Of a DNA stretch of 50,168 nucleotides, positions 10,250 to 19,644 are shown in pieces. The position numbers were made by a program, and so were the translations under genes. The stretch is from the NCBI GenBank assembly GCA_017958565.1, contig JAGDCJ010000039.1, forward strand, positions 1 through 50,168. The letters run 5' to 3'. The notes under the pieces were generated by a model. That model worked only from the letters and a program-made list of their open reading frames with translations, did not search any database and was not told the origin of the DNA. This DNA comes from Opitutales bacterium (GTDB taxonomy: Bacteria; Verrucomicrobiota; Verrucomicrobiia; Opitutales; UBA9783). The stretch's first letter is position 1, and each line of letters begins with the position of its first letter.

Positions 10250-10918
10250 TCAACTTTTCACCGGTTGCTGGTCATGAGAAAAGGATTTTGGGGACGCAAC
10301 ACCCAAGGCTTCTGGCGTAACGGCACCTCCCGAAATAATTAATTTAATCGCATCGCCCACCGACATATCCAAGACAATTAGTTTTTCCTCAGGAACCATA
10401 ATCAAAAAACCTGAAGTCGGATTCGGCGTGGTCGGAACAAAAACATTGCAAACGGATTCCTTGGTTTTGTTTTGCGTTTCGCCGCTAGCGCGATTCGTCA
10501 AAAATCCGACAGAGTAAAGATGTTCACTCGGGAAGTGTACCAAAACCGCTTTTTGGAAAATTGCTTGTTTGTTTTTCCCAAACGTATCCACGATTTGCTT
10601 AACGGTCGCATACACCGTATTGATAAAAGGAATTTTTTGGATCAACTGCTCGGTAAACCCTAAAAAAGCACGCCCCAAAAAGAATCGAGAGAGCCAACCA
10701 AATAATGTAATGAGAAAGAGGACGATAAACATCGCCACCAAGCTTGCCAGCCATTCGACCCGTTGTGCACGTAGGAAATCACTCCAGTAGCTAAAAAACA
10801 AGGCACTTGCGGGCCGCCCAATTTTTTCCAGTAAAAACTGCGCAACAAAAAAGGCAACGCACAACGGGGTTAAAACCAATAAGCCGGTGATAAAAGAATT
10901 TTTTACCTTACTCCACAT
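10250..10918 (-). CDS. DUF502-family membrane protein
   Basis: 222-aa ORF with an ATG start. It has two N-terminal TM helices and the conserved PTTPNPTSGF motif typical of DUF502. Confidence 0.7.
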   Translation of the reverse strand: MWSKVKNSFITGLLVLTPLCVAFFVAQFLLEKIGRPASALFFSYWSDFLRAQRVEWLASLVAMFIVLFLITLFGWLSRFFLGRAFLGFTEQLIQKIPFINTVYATVKQIVDTFGKNKQAIFQKAVLVHFPSEHLYSVGFLTNRASGETQNKTKESVCNVFVPTTPNPTSGFLIMVPEEKLIVLDMSVGDAIKLIISGGAVTPEALGVASPKSFSHDQQPVKS

Positions 10919-11038
10919 TGTACCCTTATCAAAGGCAAAACCGACCTTTTTGGCAAGGAAGAAAGTCTCCCACTAACGAACTCCCTCAACAATCCAAACG
11001 CTCAAATATCAAGAGAAAACACTCACTAGCAGACACCC

Positions 11039-12850
11039 TTACTTGTTCTCTTCTTCTTTCTGTTGAAATGCTTCCATCGTTTTTTTCGTACGCCGTACCC
11101 GACCGCTTGGTGCAACATTCGAATTCGCTGACTGCGGTTGAGGCGAAGAAAAAACGTCCTTCTTTACTAGAAAAGGATCTTTCGCTATTTCCTTCTGGTT
11201 GTCAGCCGGTTTCATTTCTTCTTTTGTCAGTAATCCATAATCAACCAAACGATTGTATAAAGGTTCTGCCACCTTTTCGATTCTTTTCAATACGTTACCA
11301 CATCCTCCTATCACAGATTGTTTTGTGTAATAATTATTCGGATCCTCGTCTAAAATTTTCAGAAAATCCTTTTCCGCTTTTTGCGCCTCAGCTACCTTTG
11401 CTTGATATGCTTGATCCCATTCTTTAGCCTTTTTTCGATCAGCTTCTAGATCATTCCCCGATTCTTGCATTTCTCTCTCTCTTATCCAGTCGCACATCTC
11501 AGCTTGACATAACAGGACCTCATCACACGCTTGCATGTATGCAACAACAGGGTTACATTCTGACTTCCATTTCTCTACCTGGCCATCAGTGATTGCCTTT
11601 CGACATTCCCGACGGATCTGAATCCCATTTTCTCGTTTTAAACTTTTCAATTGGTCCGAAAACTGTGCGGCAAGAGAGGAAAATTGTTGATCCAACAAAG
11701 ACCCAAGATCATACTGAAATAAGTTTTTCTTACAAGTTGCAACGAGAGATGGGTTTGAAACTTTCTTTGCCGATTCCTCTTCCGAATCTGAATCCTCTGA
11801 GCCCCAAAAATTGCTAAAAACCTCTTCAGTTTTATCCATTTTTTTCGTGCACGTACTCATCATCTTGCTAAAAAAACTCTCTTTCCATGCCAAAAGTTTC
11901 TTGTGAAAAAGGTTCGCTTGCTTCTTTATACAAGCAACCACTTGTTTTTCTCGAACCTCTTTCTGCCCATAGGGGGTCTCAAACTTCACTTTGTTCATAT
12001 CCAAGCCCGCAACATCATACTGTTTTTCGGAAGCTTGCTTCTCTTCCTTTACAAGAGAAATCTGAGACACCGCAAACTGCAGGTTTTCCCAAACAACACT
12101 GGACTTCACCCGACTCGACACTCGACTAGAAATTAACTTTTGTCGCTTTGCCTCCCTCATATCATCGGTAATAAAGTTACCATAAGCATCAAAGACATCA
12201 TCATTGTCATCATCCCCGTTATTGCCATCGTCAAAGTGGCTTATATGTTTTATCGTTTCCTGCAAAGAATCGATTTCTTTTAATAAAGCGTTGATTTCCT
12301 CCCACTTGGCCAATAAACTTTTCTTTTGCTGAGAAGAAGATGCAACCTGATTGGCTTCTTGAAGGCGTTTCATCAATTGATTCATCTTATCCGCAAAAGA
12401 CTGATAAATAAGTTGGATTTTTTCAAAAACAACTTTGACCAAAGAATCATAATCTTTTATAGGGTATATATGGACAGCAACAATGTGCGACTTCTCTTTC
12501 AATCTCTCTGCTAAGGCTTCTGTTATGTCTTTCGGCTGAAAAGCAGATTCTTTCCACTGTGACAGCCCTGATTGCGATTGCAATGCTTCAATCGAAGAGT
12601 CTACAAACTTACAAAAAGAACAATCATTCTTCATAACTTCTGGCATGGACCACTTCCACAACCACCGGTAGCATACCCCCTTCGAGTATTCAACATCCTC
12701 CGCCCTAACCGTAGTAGATTGCAACGCTATCATCTTCCGGTCGAACCACTCCTTTACAACCTCTTCTCTGAAATCCGCTTGCACAAATGAAGCAGACAAG
12801 CAGCATGCACTGAAAAAGGTGATGGTTTTTATGTTCAAAATATTTTTCAT
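11039..12850 (-). CDS. hypothetical secreted protein, acidic and coiled-coil-rich, no recognisable domain
   Basis: 603-aa uninterrupted ORF with an ATG start. It has a signal-peptide-like N-terminus (MKNILNIKTITFFSACCLSASFVQA), an acidic tract (DDGNNGDDDNDDVFD) and Lys/Glu/Gln-rich heptad-like stretches. Sampled lines are 33-43% GC, lower than the flanks. Confidence 0.65.
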   Translation of the reverse strand: MKNILNIKTITFFSACCLSASFVQADFREEVVKEWFDRKMIALQSTTVRAEDVEYSKGVCYRWLWKWSMPEVMKNDCSFCKFVDSSIEALQSQSGLSQWKESAFQPKDITEALAERLKEKSHIVAVHIYPIKDYDSLVKVVFEKIQLIYQSFADKMNQLMKRLQEANQVASSSQQKKSLLAKWEEINALLKEIDSLQETIKHISHFDDGNNGDDDNDDVFDAYGNFITDDMREAKRQKLISSRVSSRVKSSVVWENLQFAVSQISLVKEEKQASEKQYDVAGLDMNKVKFETPYGQKEVREKQVVACIKKQANLFHKKLLAWKESFFSKMMSTCTKKMDKTEEVFSNFWGSEDSDSEEESAKKVSNPSLVATCKKNLFQYDLGSLLDQQFSSLAAQFSDQLKSLKRENGIQIRRECRKAITDGQVEKWKSECNPVVAYMQACDEVLLCQAEMCDWIREREMQESGNDLEADRKKAKEWDQAYQAKVAEAQKAEKDFLKILDEDPNNYYTKQSVIGGCGNVLKRIEKVAEPLYNRLVDYGLLTKEEMKPADNQKEIAKDPFLVKKDVFSSPQPQSANSNVAPSGRVRRTKKTMEAFQQKEEENK

Positions 12851-12993
12851 ACAAGACTAGTTAAAAAAGCATTTTTGGGAAACGCAAGCTTTTTTTGAAA
12901 AAATTTCTTTTATCGGAAAATTTTTCCTTTTTTGCTTTGATTGAAGCAAGGGAAAAGCATTGACAATGCGCAAAAGGATTTTTGTATAAAATC

Positions 12994-13683
12994 ATGAAAG
13001 CAACACTTGCGTTGCAGGGTTTAACCTTTCGCCGAGAGGGGAAAACGATTTTTGAAAACCTCGAGTTATCCCTATCCACCGGAGAGGTTCATGTACTATC
13101 GGGCGCTAATGGCGCCGGGAAAAGTTCATTGTTGCAATGCGTGGCCGGTCATCCGCACTACAAACTCGAATCTGGCCAAATCCAGCTCAATGGAGAAAAC
13201 ATCGTTGATTGGCCTCCTGAAAAACGGGCGCAAGCTGGCATTTTTTTAGCGTTTCAAATGCCTTACGAATTGGAAGGCCTGACGGTTGCAAATTTTTTGC
13301 GGACCGCGTTGAAGTTTTTCCCTCAACATCCCCTCCATGGGGCTTCTGCCACAGAATTTTACCAACAAATCTACCGGTTACTGGAAGCTGTCGGCTTGCC
13401 CAAAACGTTCACCGGGCGTTCGGTACACCAGGGATTTTCCGGCGGCGAAAAAAAACGATTCGAGTGGTTACAATTGCGACTGCTACAGCCAAAATTTGCC
13501 CTTTTGGATGAAATCGACAGCGGGTTGGATGTCGACGCACGGCAGTGCATTGGGAAATCGATACAAGAAATGCGATCCACCACCGGATTTCTTCTCGTCT
13601 CCCACAACCAAGACTTTGTAACCCTCTGCCAGCCTACCGCTTTGCATCAACTGGAAAATGGGCATTTGCAAAACCTTCCGTAG
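12994..13683 (+). CDS. sufC: Fe-S cluster assembly ATPase SufC
   Basis: Walker A GANGAGKSSL, signature FSGGEKKR and Walker B LALLDEIDSGLD are present. The ORF-track start 12982 is a TTG, and the first ATG is 12994 (MKATLAL...). Confidence 0.9.
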   Translation: MKATLALQGLTFRREGKTIFENLELSLSTGEVHVLSGANGAGKSSLLQCVAGHPHYKLESGQIQLNGENIVDWPPEKRAQAGIFLAFQMPYELEGLTVANFLRTALKFFPQHPLHGASATEFYQQIYRLLEAVGLPKTFTGRSVHQGFSGGEKKRFEWLQLRLLQPKFALLDEIDSGLDVDARQCIGKSIQEMRSTTGFLLVSHNQDFVTLCQPTALHQLENGHLQNLP

Positions 13684-13692
13684 GCATTTTTC

Positions 13693-15048
13693 ATGCATCC
13701 ACACGGCTCTACGTTCCATACAGGTTTTGGGTTAAGCGAAGAAACGGTGCGTTCGATTTCCGCAATGAAAAAAGAAGCGCCGGAATGGTTGCAATTTCGC
13801 TTGCAAGCGCTGAAAACTTTTTTCCAATTGTCTTTGCCGAAATGGGTTCCCGAAGACGTTCGCGCCCTCGATTTTCAACAACTGCAATATTACGTAGCCG
13901 AAGGACAAACCCCCAAACGCACGTGGGCGGAAGTTTCACCAGAAATGCTGTCGACGTTTGAAGCAATGGGGATTCCGGAAAAAGAACGTTCGTTTTTAGC
14001 CGGCGTCGAAGCACAATGGGATAGTGAAGCAGCTTACTCGAAGATGCAGCAGCATTTGCAAGATCAAGGCGTTATTTTCACCGATTCTCACGAAGGGCTG
14101 CATCGGTACCGAAAGGTTTTTCAACCGTACTTCGCGAAAGTCGTTCCACCTTCCGACAATCGTTTTGCCGCTTTAAACAGTGCGGTCTTCAGCGGCGGAA
14201 GCTTTGTGTACGTTCCGAAAGGCGTAAAAGTCGCCCAACCCTTGCAAGCGTTTTTCCGCATTCAAACCGAACGTTTTGGGCAATTCGAACGGTCGCTGAT
14301 CATAGTCGATGAAGGTGCAGAATTAACCTTTATGGAGGGGTGTACAGCCCCCATCTGGAATACGCAAAGCTTACACGCAGCCGTGGTAGAATTCGTGGTC
14401 AAAAAAGATGCGAAACTGCAATTCATCACCGTACAGAATTGGTCGAAAAACGTGATCAATGCCGTTACCATTCGCGGTTGGGCAGAAGAAAACGCAGAAG
14501 TTCGTTTTATTGATGGACACATTGGTTCCAAGGTTACACTTAAGTATCCAGGGATTTTGCTCAAAGGTCGGCGCGCGCGTGGAGAAGTCTTATCCTTCGC
14601 CATTGCACATCAAGGACAACGGCAAGATACCGGCACGCGAATTTTTCATGTAGCGGACGAAACCACTTCCAATATTCTTTCCAAATCGATTTCGATCGAC
14701 AACGGTTGGGCGGGCTATCGAGGAAAAGTTTCGATAAAACCTGATTGTCACGGATGCAAAAATCGAACCGAATGCCACTCGTTGCTATTGGGAGAGCACA
14801 GCCAAACCGGGACGTTACCCACCGTAGATGTCTCGGGCAATACGCAACAAATCCGCCATGAAGCCAGTGTGTCGTCCATCGATGAAGAAAAACTGTTTTA
14901 TTTGCAACAACGCGGATTAAGCCGTTCCGCCGCCATGAGCTTAAGCGTGAATGGTTTCGTGAACGATTTGGTACAATCGTTTCCGTTGGAGTACAGTGTA
15001 GAACTAAAGCGGCTCATTGAAATGGAGGTCTCGCATGCGGTTGGATAA
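13693..15048 (+). CDS. sufB: Fe-S cluster assembly scaffold SufB
   Basis: 451-aa ORF with an ATG start, lying between sufC and sufD. SufB/SufD beta-helix family sequence is present (ERSLIIVDEGAELTFMEGCTAP..., HEASVSSIDEEKLFYLQQRGL). Confidence 0.9.
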   Translation: MHPHGSTFHTGFGLSEETVRSISAMKKEAPEWLQFRLQALKTFFQLSLPKWVPEDVRALDFQQLQYYVAEGQTPKRTWAEVSPEMLSTFEAMGIPEKERSFLAGVEAQWDSEAAYSKMQQHLQDQGVIFTDSHEGLHRYRKVFQPYFAKVVPPSDNRFAALNSAVFSGGSFVYVPKGVKVAQPLQAFFRIQTERFGQFERSLIIVDEGAELTFMEGCTAPIWNTQSLHAAVVEFVVKKDAKLQFITVQNWSKNVINAVTIRGWAEENAEVRFIDGHIGSKVTLKYPGILLKGRRARGEVLSFAIAHQGQRQDTGTRIFHVADETTSNILSKSISIDNGWAGYRGKVSIKPDCHGCKNRTECHSLLLGEHSQTGTLPTVDVSGNTQQIRHEASVSSIDEEKLFYLQQRGLSRSAAMSLSVNGFVNDLVQSFPLEYSVELKRLIEMEVSHAVG

Positions 15049-15889
15049 GGTCCCCATAGAGCTTCTCACACCTGGACAATCACAACCTTTTGGCATTTGG
15101 GAACAACCGAATCGTTTTTGCTTTCATGAATCCATCGATCCAGAAATGTGGTTCGCTTTTGCGCCGCGAGAAGCCTCTAATCCTCTGTTTGTTCATATTG
15201 GGAAACAAGCACGCGTAAAACTTATCGAACAACTCGGAGGGGTTTATTATCACGTACATGAGCAAGCTTCTCTCTTTCATGTACAAACATTTCATGCAAC
15301 AACATTGGTGATGGAATTGGACTCCCACGCACAGATTCAACACGCACTTTACGGAACTCTTTCGTCCGATTGCGAGATCACCACACGCGTTCATCTCAAT
15401 GCCACCGGCGCCTCGATCGATTGGAACGAAGGAATATCCATCGAAGGAAATCATACGTATCGAACCACCATGGCCCTTCATCATCGAGCACCGCAAACAC
15501 GCTCCCATTGCTGCCTTCGAACGGTTATTTGGGAAACAGGTACCTTGCAAGGAATCTATGAAGGCTATGTGGAAGAAACCGCTAGCCAATCGGTGTTGCA
15601 CCAGCAAAACACCAATTATATCCTTCACCCTAAAGGACATGCGTGTATGCTGCCACACATGTGGATTGCCCATAAAAACGTAGAAGCTTCCCACGGAACC
15701 GCCACTGAGCCGTTTCCAGAAGAAGCTATATTCTACTTACAATCGCGCGGGTTTTCGGCCCAAGACGCGCAAAAAACCTATTTGCAAAGTTTCTTGCAAG
15801 CACCCTTCGCGGGATATTCTGAGTTTCCATTGGAAACGCTCGAAGCAAAACCAGAAATTTGTCCACCGGTTGCAACCTCTTCTCGTTAA
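15035..15889 (+). CDS. sufD: Fe-S cluster assembly protein SufD (short)
   Basis: ATG 15035 is preceded by GGAGG at 15024-15028 and overlaps the sufB stop by 14 nt. The C-terminal motif ASHGTATEPFPEEAIFYLQSRGFS is typical of SufD. Confidence 0.8.
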   Translation: MRLDKVPIELLTPGQSQPFGIWEQPNRFCFHESIDPEMWFAFAPREASNPLFVHIGKQARVKLIEQLGGVYYHVHEQASLFHVQTFHATTLVMELDSHAQIQHALYGTLSSDCEITTRVHLNATGASIDWNEGISIEGNHTYRTTMALHHRAPQTRSHCCLRTVIWETGTLQGIYEGYVEETASQSVLHQQNTNYILHPKGHACMLPHMWIAHKNVEASHGTATEPFPEEAIFYLQSRGFSAQDAQKTYLQSFLQAPFAGYSEFPLETLEAKPEICPPVATSSR

Positions 15890-15899
15890 CCTGGAAAAA

Positions 15900-16346
15900 A
15901 TGGAACCGTCTAATCATACCTCGGAGCATCCACCGTCGAAATCGGCGGCCGGCATAGAAGAATCCACCTTATTAGCACGCATTTGGGAGTTGCTCCATCA
16001 AGTCATCGATCCGGAGATGAAAATCAATATTGTAGATTTGGGGTTGGTGTACCAGATTTCTTTACGCGAAGATGAACCAACGCCGCCTGAAAAAAAAGGG
16101 ATTTTTCAAAAAATTTTCTCCAAAAAGCCCGTTGTACCGCAGCAAGAACCGGGAAAGAAAGTTATCATCGAAATGACCCTCACCTCTCCTAGCTGCCCCA
16201 TGGGCCCACACATTTTTTCATGCATCTACCGCACCATTGAATTTCTCAAAGGAGTTTCATCGGTCGACATCTCGCTGGTATGGGAACCGCCTTGGTCTCA
16301 AGAGAAAATTTCAGAGGCTGGAAAGATGGAATTAGGGCTCTTGTAG
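15900..16346 (+). CDS. DUF59 / SufT-like Fe-S assembly factor
   Basis: VIDPEMKINIVDLGLVY and MTLTSPSCPMGP match DUF59 (MIP18/SufT). ATG 15900 follows the sufD stop. There is a ~35-aa Pro/Lys-rich insert between the two motifs. Confidence 0.75.
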   Translation: MEPSNHTSEHPPSKSAAGIEESTLLARIWELLHQVIDPEMKINIVDLGLVYQISLREDEPTPPEKKGIFQKIFSKKPVVPQQEPGKKVIIEMTLTSPSCPMGPHIFSCIYRTIEFLKGVSSVDISLVWEPPWSQEKISEAGKMELGLL

Positions 16347-16420
16347 TTCCGATGTTCAAGAAAAGGAAAGCCTACGCAGTTTTCCTATTCTTTCTTGCCA
16401 CAATATTCGGCTTTTTGTAA

Positions 16421-17062
16421 ATGTATTTTATGGAAACCTCGTGGATCGCAAAACATTTATTGGCCTTCTTCCTGCTGCTGGTCAGCTTAGTATTGCACGA
16501 ATGGGGACACGCATGGGTAGCATATCATTGCGGCGATTCGACACCCAAGCTAGCAGGACGCGTCACCTTGAATCCGCTCCCTCATGTGGATTTTTTAGGG
16601 ACCATTCTTTTCCCATTGATTTGCATCTTTACTGGCGGAGGTATTCTGTTCGGTTGGGGCAAACCGGTTCCTATGAACCCCACCGCTTTTTCCAAACCGT
16701 GGAAGTGGACGCTCGCCAATAGCGCTGGCCTTTTGGGAAATTTTCTGCTGTGCTTGGTGGCCTCCTTCGTGCTGACGGCTAGCTCGCAATACGCGCTGCT
16801 CGCTTATACGTTGCTACAACTGAATGCGGTGCTCATTGCCTTCAACCTACTACCTTTACCTGGATTGGATGGTTTCCCGATTTTTCAACATCTTTGTCGC
16901 TTTTCCGAAGAAACGGTACTTTTTTTGGAACGTTGGGGATTTTTTATCCTGCTGTTACTCATCAACCTCCCGATTGTTCGTACCGTACTGTTTCACTTAG
17001 TTGAAGGCATTATCGCCACCTTCCTTCGCATTAGCATTGCTTTGTATGGAATGCTGGGGTAG
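16421..17062 (+). CDS. site-2 protease family (peptidase M50) membrane metalloprotease
   Basis: An HEWGH zinc motif sits in TM1, with multiple TM helices and an LPLPGLDG motif. Confidence 0.8.
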   Translation: MYFMETSWIAKHLLAFFLLLVSLVLHEWGHAWVAYHCGDSTPKLAGRVTLNPLPHVDFLGTILFPLICIFTGGGILFGWGKPVPMNPTAFSKPWKWTLANSAGLLGNFLLCLVASFVLTASSQYALLAYTLLQLNAVLIAFNLLPLPGLDGFPIFQHLCRFSEETVLFLERWGFFILLLLINLPIVRTVLFHLVEGIIATFLRISIALYGMLG

Positions 17063-17155
17063 GGTAATGTGCAAAAAATGGTGCATGGGGCTTCTCAGTT
17101 TCTTTTCTTGCTTCGCTGTTTTTCCAACATTCGCACAAAAAAATTTCCAGCCGCA

Positions 17156-17177
17156 ATCTTTCCAAGTCTGGAAAGAT
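17156..17177. terminator. perfect 9-bp inverted repeat between convergent genes (possible bidirectional terminator hairpin)
   Basis: ATCTTTCCA-agtc-TGGAAAGAT at 17156-17177. On the minus strand a T7 run follows 9 nt downstream. There is no T-tract immediately adjacent, so the call is weak. Confidence 0.3.
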
Positions 17178-17310
17178 GCGGAAAAAAGATCCCGTTTTCA
17201 GCCACCTTTATCCTCGAGTTCTCGAAAACGCTCCCAATCGCTCACAACGATTTCTTCGCGTCCGCTTGATTTCAAAACCTTTCCACACAACTTCTTTCAA
17301 AAAAGGAACA

Positions 17311-18477
17311 TTATCCCAAATTCCCGTTCATCGATAAAAAAGTTTGTAAAATCGGAAGAAAAGCGACCAGCATTCCTCCGAGAATTAAAATCGCAATTCC
17401 GGTAATACAAACAGGCTCTATCCACTTACAAATTTGTATCCAACATGCTTCATATTGTTGATAACATTGCTGAGACCATTGCTGCAACGTTTGCACCAAA
17501 TCACCTCGAACTTCCGCAGCCGCTAGCGATTGTCGAAAGTCATCCGGGAAGCCCTCTAGTGCTTGCGCAACCATCGCTCCTTCCATAATCCGTTGGTAAA
17601 CTGGTTGAAACAAAAATTCTTTTCCCGAAAGATCCTCCATGGCCATTTGCAGGCTTTTCAATAATGGAAATCGATTTGCTAACAACGTACTGAAATTTAA
17701 CGCAAACAAATGATATTGGTACCATCGATACCCGATTTTTCGTAAAAAAAACAAAACTACCGAGATGTTTTTCTTACGAATGAGAAAAACAGCAATTGCC
17801 GTTCCCGCACTGAAAACGAAGGCAAGCATTTCCATGTGATGATTCAGTTGCAACAAGATTTTCATCACAGGATGGATGGCGATGCTCTGTTGGTACAAAA
17901 ATTCTTCGAATCGTGGCAAAAGAAAAGTATAAACAATTACTCCGAACGTTCCTAGCATCCCAAACAAGCAAACAGGATAAATCAGTGCATGACGAATTTT
18001 TTGTTGTACCTGAATCTTCATTCCCAACAACGATTGAACTTGCTGAATTCCTTGTTTGAAATACCCTTTCACCTCCGATATATGCAATAATTGCACTATC
18101 GAAACACCCAACGTTGTAATAAACGGTTGAAACAACGGGTAGATATAGTACCCTTGTTGCAATCGATACAGTGCGTGCATCACAAGCATTTGTTGCTCCC
18201 TCGAAAGCACGTTTCGTGGAAAATGTTTCAATGCTACAATCAATGACATCCCGCTATGCAAGCGTGCATGCAATTCCTGAAAAAAAGCAAACCACTGCGC
18301 GTTTGTGGTCGATACCTGCTGCAAACGAAAACAAAAAACATTTTGCAGACAAAGTAATCGCTTAGGGAAACATCGCCTTTGCAATAACATTCGCAAACAA
18401 TGATACAAAGAAGGCGATCGGAACAAACGCCACCGAGGCAAACCATCCGCTTGTATTGCTTGGCAAAAGAACCACAT
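17311..18477 (-). CDS. gspF: type II secretion / type IV pilus platform protein (GspF/PilC family)
   Basis: 388-aa ORF with an ATG start. It has two repeated T2SS-F-like helical modules with 3 TM segments, and its length fits the family. Confidence 0.78.
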   Translation of the reverse strand: MWFFCQAIQADGLPRWRLFRSPSLYHCLRMLLQRRCFPKRLLCLQNVFCFRLQQVSTTNAQWFAFFQELHARLHSGMSLIVALKHFPRNVLSREQQMLVMHALYRLQQGYYIYPLFQPFITTLGVSIVQLLHISEVKGYFKQGIQQVQSLLGMKIQVQQKIRHALIYPVCLFGMLGTFGVIVYTFLLPRFEEFLYQQSIAIHPVMKILLQLNHHMEMLAFVFSAGTAIAVFLIRKKNISVVLFFLRKIGYRWYQYHLFALNFSTLLANRFPLLKSLQMAMEDLSGKEFLFQPVYQRIMEGAMVAQALEGFPDDFRQSLAAAEVRGDLVQTLQQWSQQCYQQYEACWIQICKWIEPVCITGIAILILGGMLVAFLPILQTFLSMNGNLG

Positions 18478-18500
18478 AGGGAAAGTATAAACTCGTTTCC

Positions 18501-19583
18501 TTACGAGTCAATGGAACACCCTACCGTTCGTTCGAGATCATCCGCTAACATTTTTGCTCCATCGTCCGAAGATACAGCATACAGATGCAAAGCCATTTCT
18601 TGCAATTGGGAGGGCTGAGAAAGCAACTTTTGTACCATTCCCCATAATTCGGAAAGCTTCGATTGTTCCAACACGTAACACCCGCCAGCTTGTTCCCACA
18701 CGCGAGCGTTCGCCATTTGATGATGATCGGCAGCCGTTGATAACGGAACCAAAATCGAAGGAGTTTCGCATCGCGCCAATTCTGCGATGGTTCCGGCACC
18801 CGCACGACCAATGACCAAATCCGCTGCAGAATACAATATAGACATAGAATGAGAAAAAGGAAGAAAACGGCAAAAAATGCTCGATACGCCGGTTGGACTT
18901 TTTATAGAAGAACGCATGCCGGTCACACAAATCATCTGAATCCCTTTTTCTGCACAACGACTCACTTGTTCACAGGCCCATTGAGAAAGGACCTGAGAGC
19001 CTTGACTCCCTCCAACGATCACCAATAAAGGCTTTTGTGGATCGCACCCAAGCTGTTTTTTAGCCTCAACTGCATCTATTTTTTTAAAATCTTTTCGCAA
19101 TGGAAAAGGGCATGGCTTGGTAGACAAGCGAGAAGTTTGGCAAAATGAAGGAGGTACATAAACCATGGTGGCCCATCGACCCAACCATCGGATGGTTCGC
19201 CCCATCACTTGATTGGCTTCGTGCAAAAAACATGGTTTTCGTAACAGGAAGGCCGATACAATCACCCCTACATTGGTAAACCCACCAAAACCGATCACCG
19301 CATCCGCAGAATACGTTTGCATCCATCGAAACGATTGAAAAATGTTTTTCAAGGCCTGCCATCCGCATCGTGGCCACGTAAAAACCCGTCGCGTAAAACC
19401 GATCCCCGGCAACACCAAGGTGGATAAATGTGGATACGCTTGGCAAAACGTTTGATCGATCGCTTTTTGCGAAACGAGCAAGATACACCGATGGCCACGA
19501 TCGAGAAGCTCTTGCGCAACCGCAATCCCTGGCGAAAGATGCCCACCGGTTCCGCCACAAGCAATCAAGAAGGTTTTAGCCAT
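18501..19583 (-). CDS. murG: UDP-N-acetylglucosamine--N-acetylmuramyl-(pentapeptide) pyrophosphoryl-undecaprenol GlcNAc transferase
   Basis: CGGTGGHLSPGIAVA near the N-terminus, GGSQGS, and RAGAGTIAEL are present. It lies downstream of ftsW. Confidence 0.9.
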   Translation of the reverse strand: MAKTFLIACGGTGGHLSPGIAVAQELLDRGHRCILLVSQKAIDQTFCQAYPHLSTLVLPGIGFTRRVFTWPRCGWQALKNIFQSFRWMQTYSADAVIGFGGFTNVGVIVSAFLLRKPCFLHEANQVMGRTIRWLGRWATMVYVPPSFCQTSRLSTKPCPFPLRKDFKKIDAVEAKKQLGCDPQKPLLVIVGGSQGSQVLSQWACEQVSRCAEKGIQMICVTGMRSSIKSPTGVSSIFCRFLPFSHSMSILYSAADLVIGRAGAGTIAELARCETPSILVPLSTAADHHQMANARVWEQAGGCYVLEQSKLSELWGMVQKLLSQPSQLQEMALHLYAVSSDDGAKMLADDLERTVGCSIDS

Positions 19584-19644
19584 ACAAAGACAAAAAGAGA
19601 AAAGAAGCGCAAAAATTCCATGTTTTTTGAAAAAACCGCTCGGT

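Noticed and set aside
12960-12990. Near-consensus TTGACA (12960-12965) with TATAAA (12985-12990) upstream of sufC.
   Set aside because: The spacer is 19 nt, and the -10 element ends only 3 nt before the sufC ATG. It cannot drive a normally led sufC mRNA unless the transcript is leaderless, so it is not reported as a promoter.
17067-17405. 112-aa plus-strand ORF (MCKKWCMGLLSFFSCFAVFPTFAQ...) with a signal-peptide-like start, filling the M50/gspF convergent spacer.
   Set aside because: It overlaps the gspF 3' end by 95 nt on the opposite strand. The remainder is low-complexity Ser/Arg/Lys sequence. It cannot be excluded as a small secreted protein, but support is insufficient.
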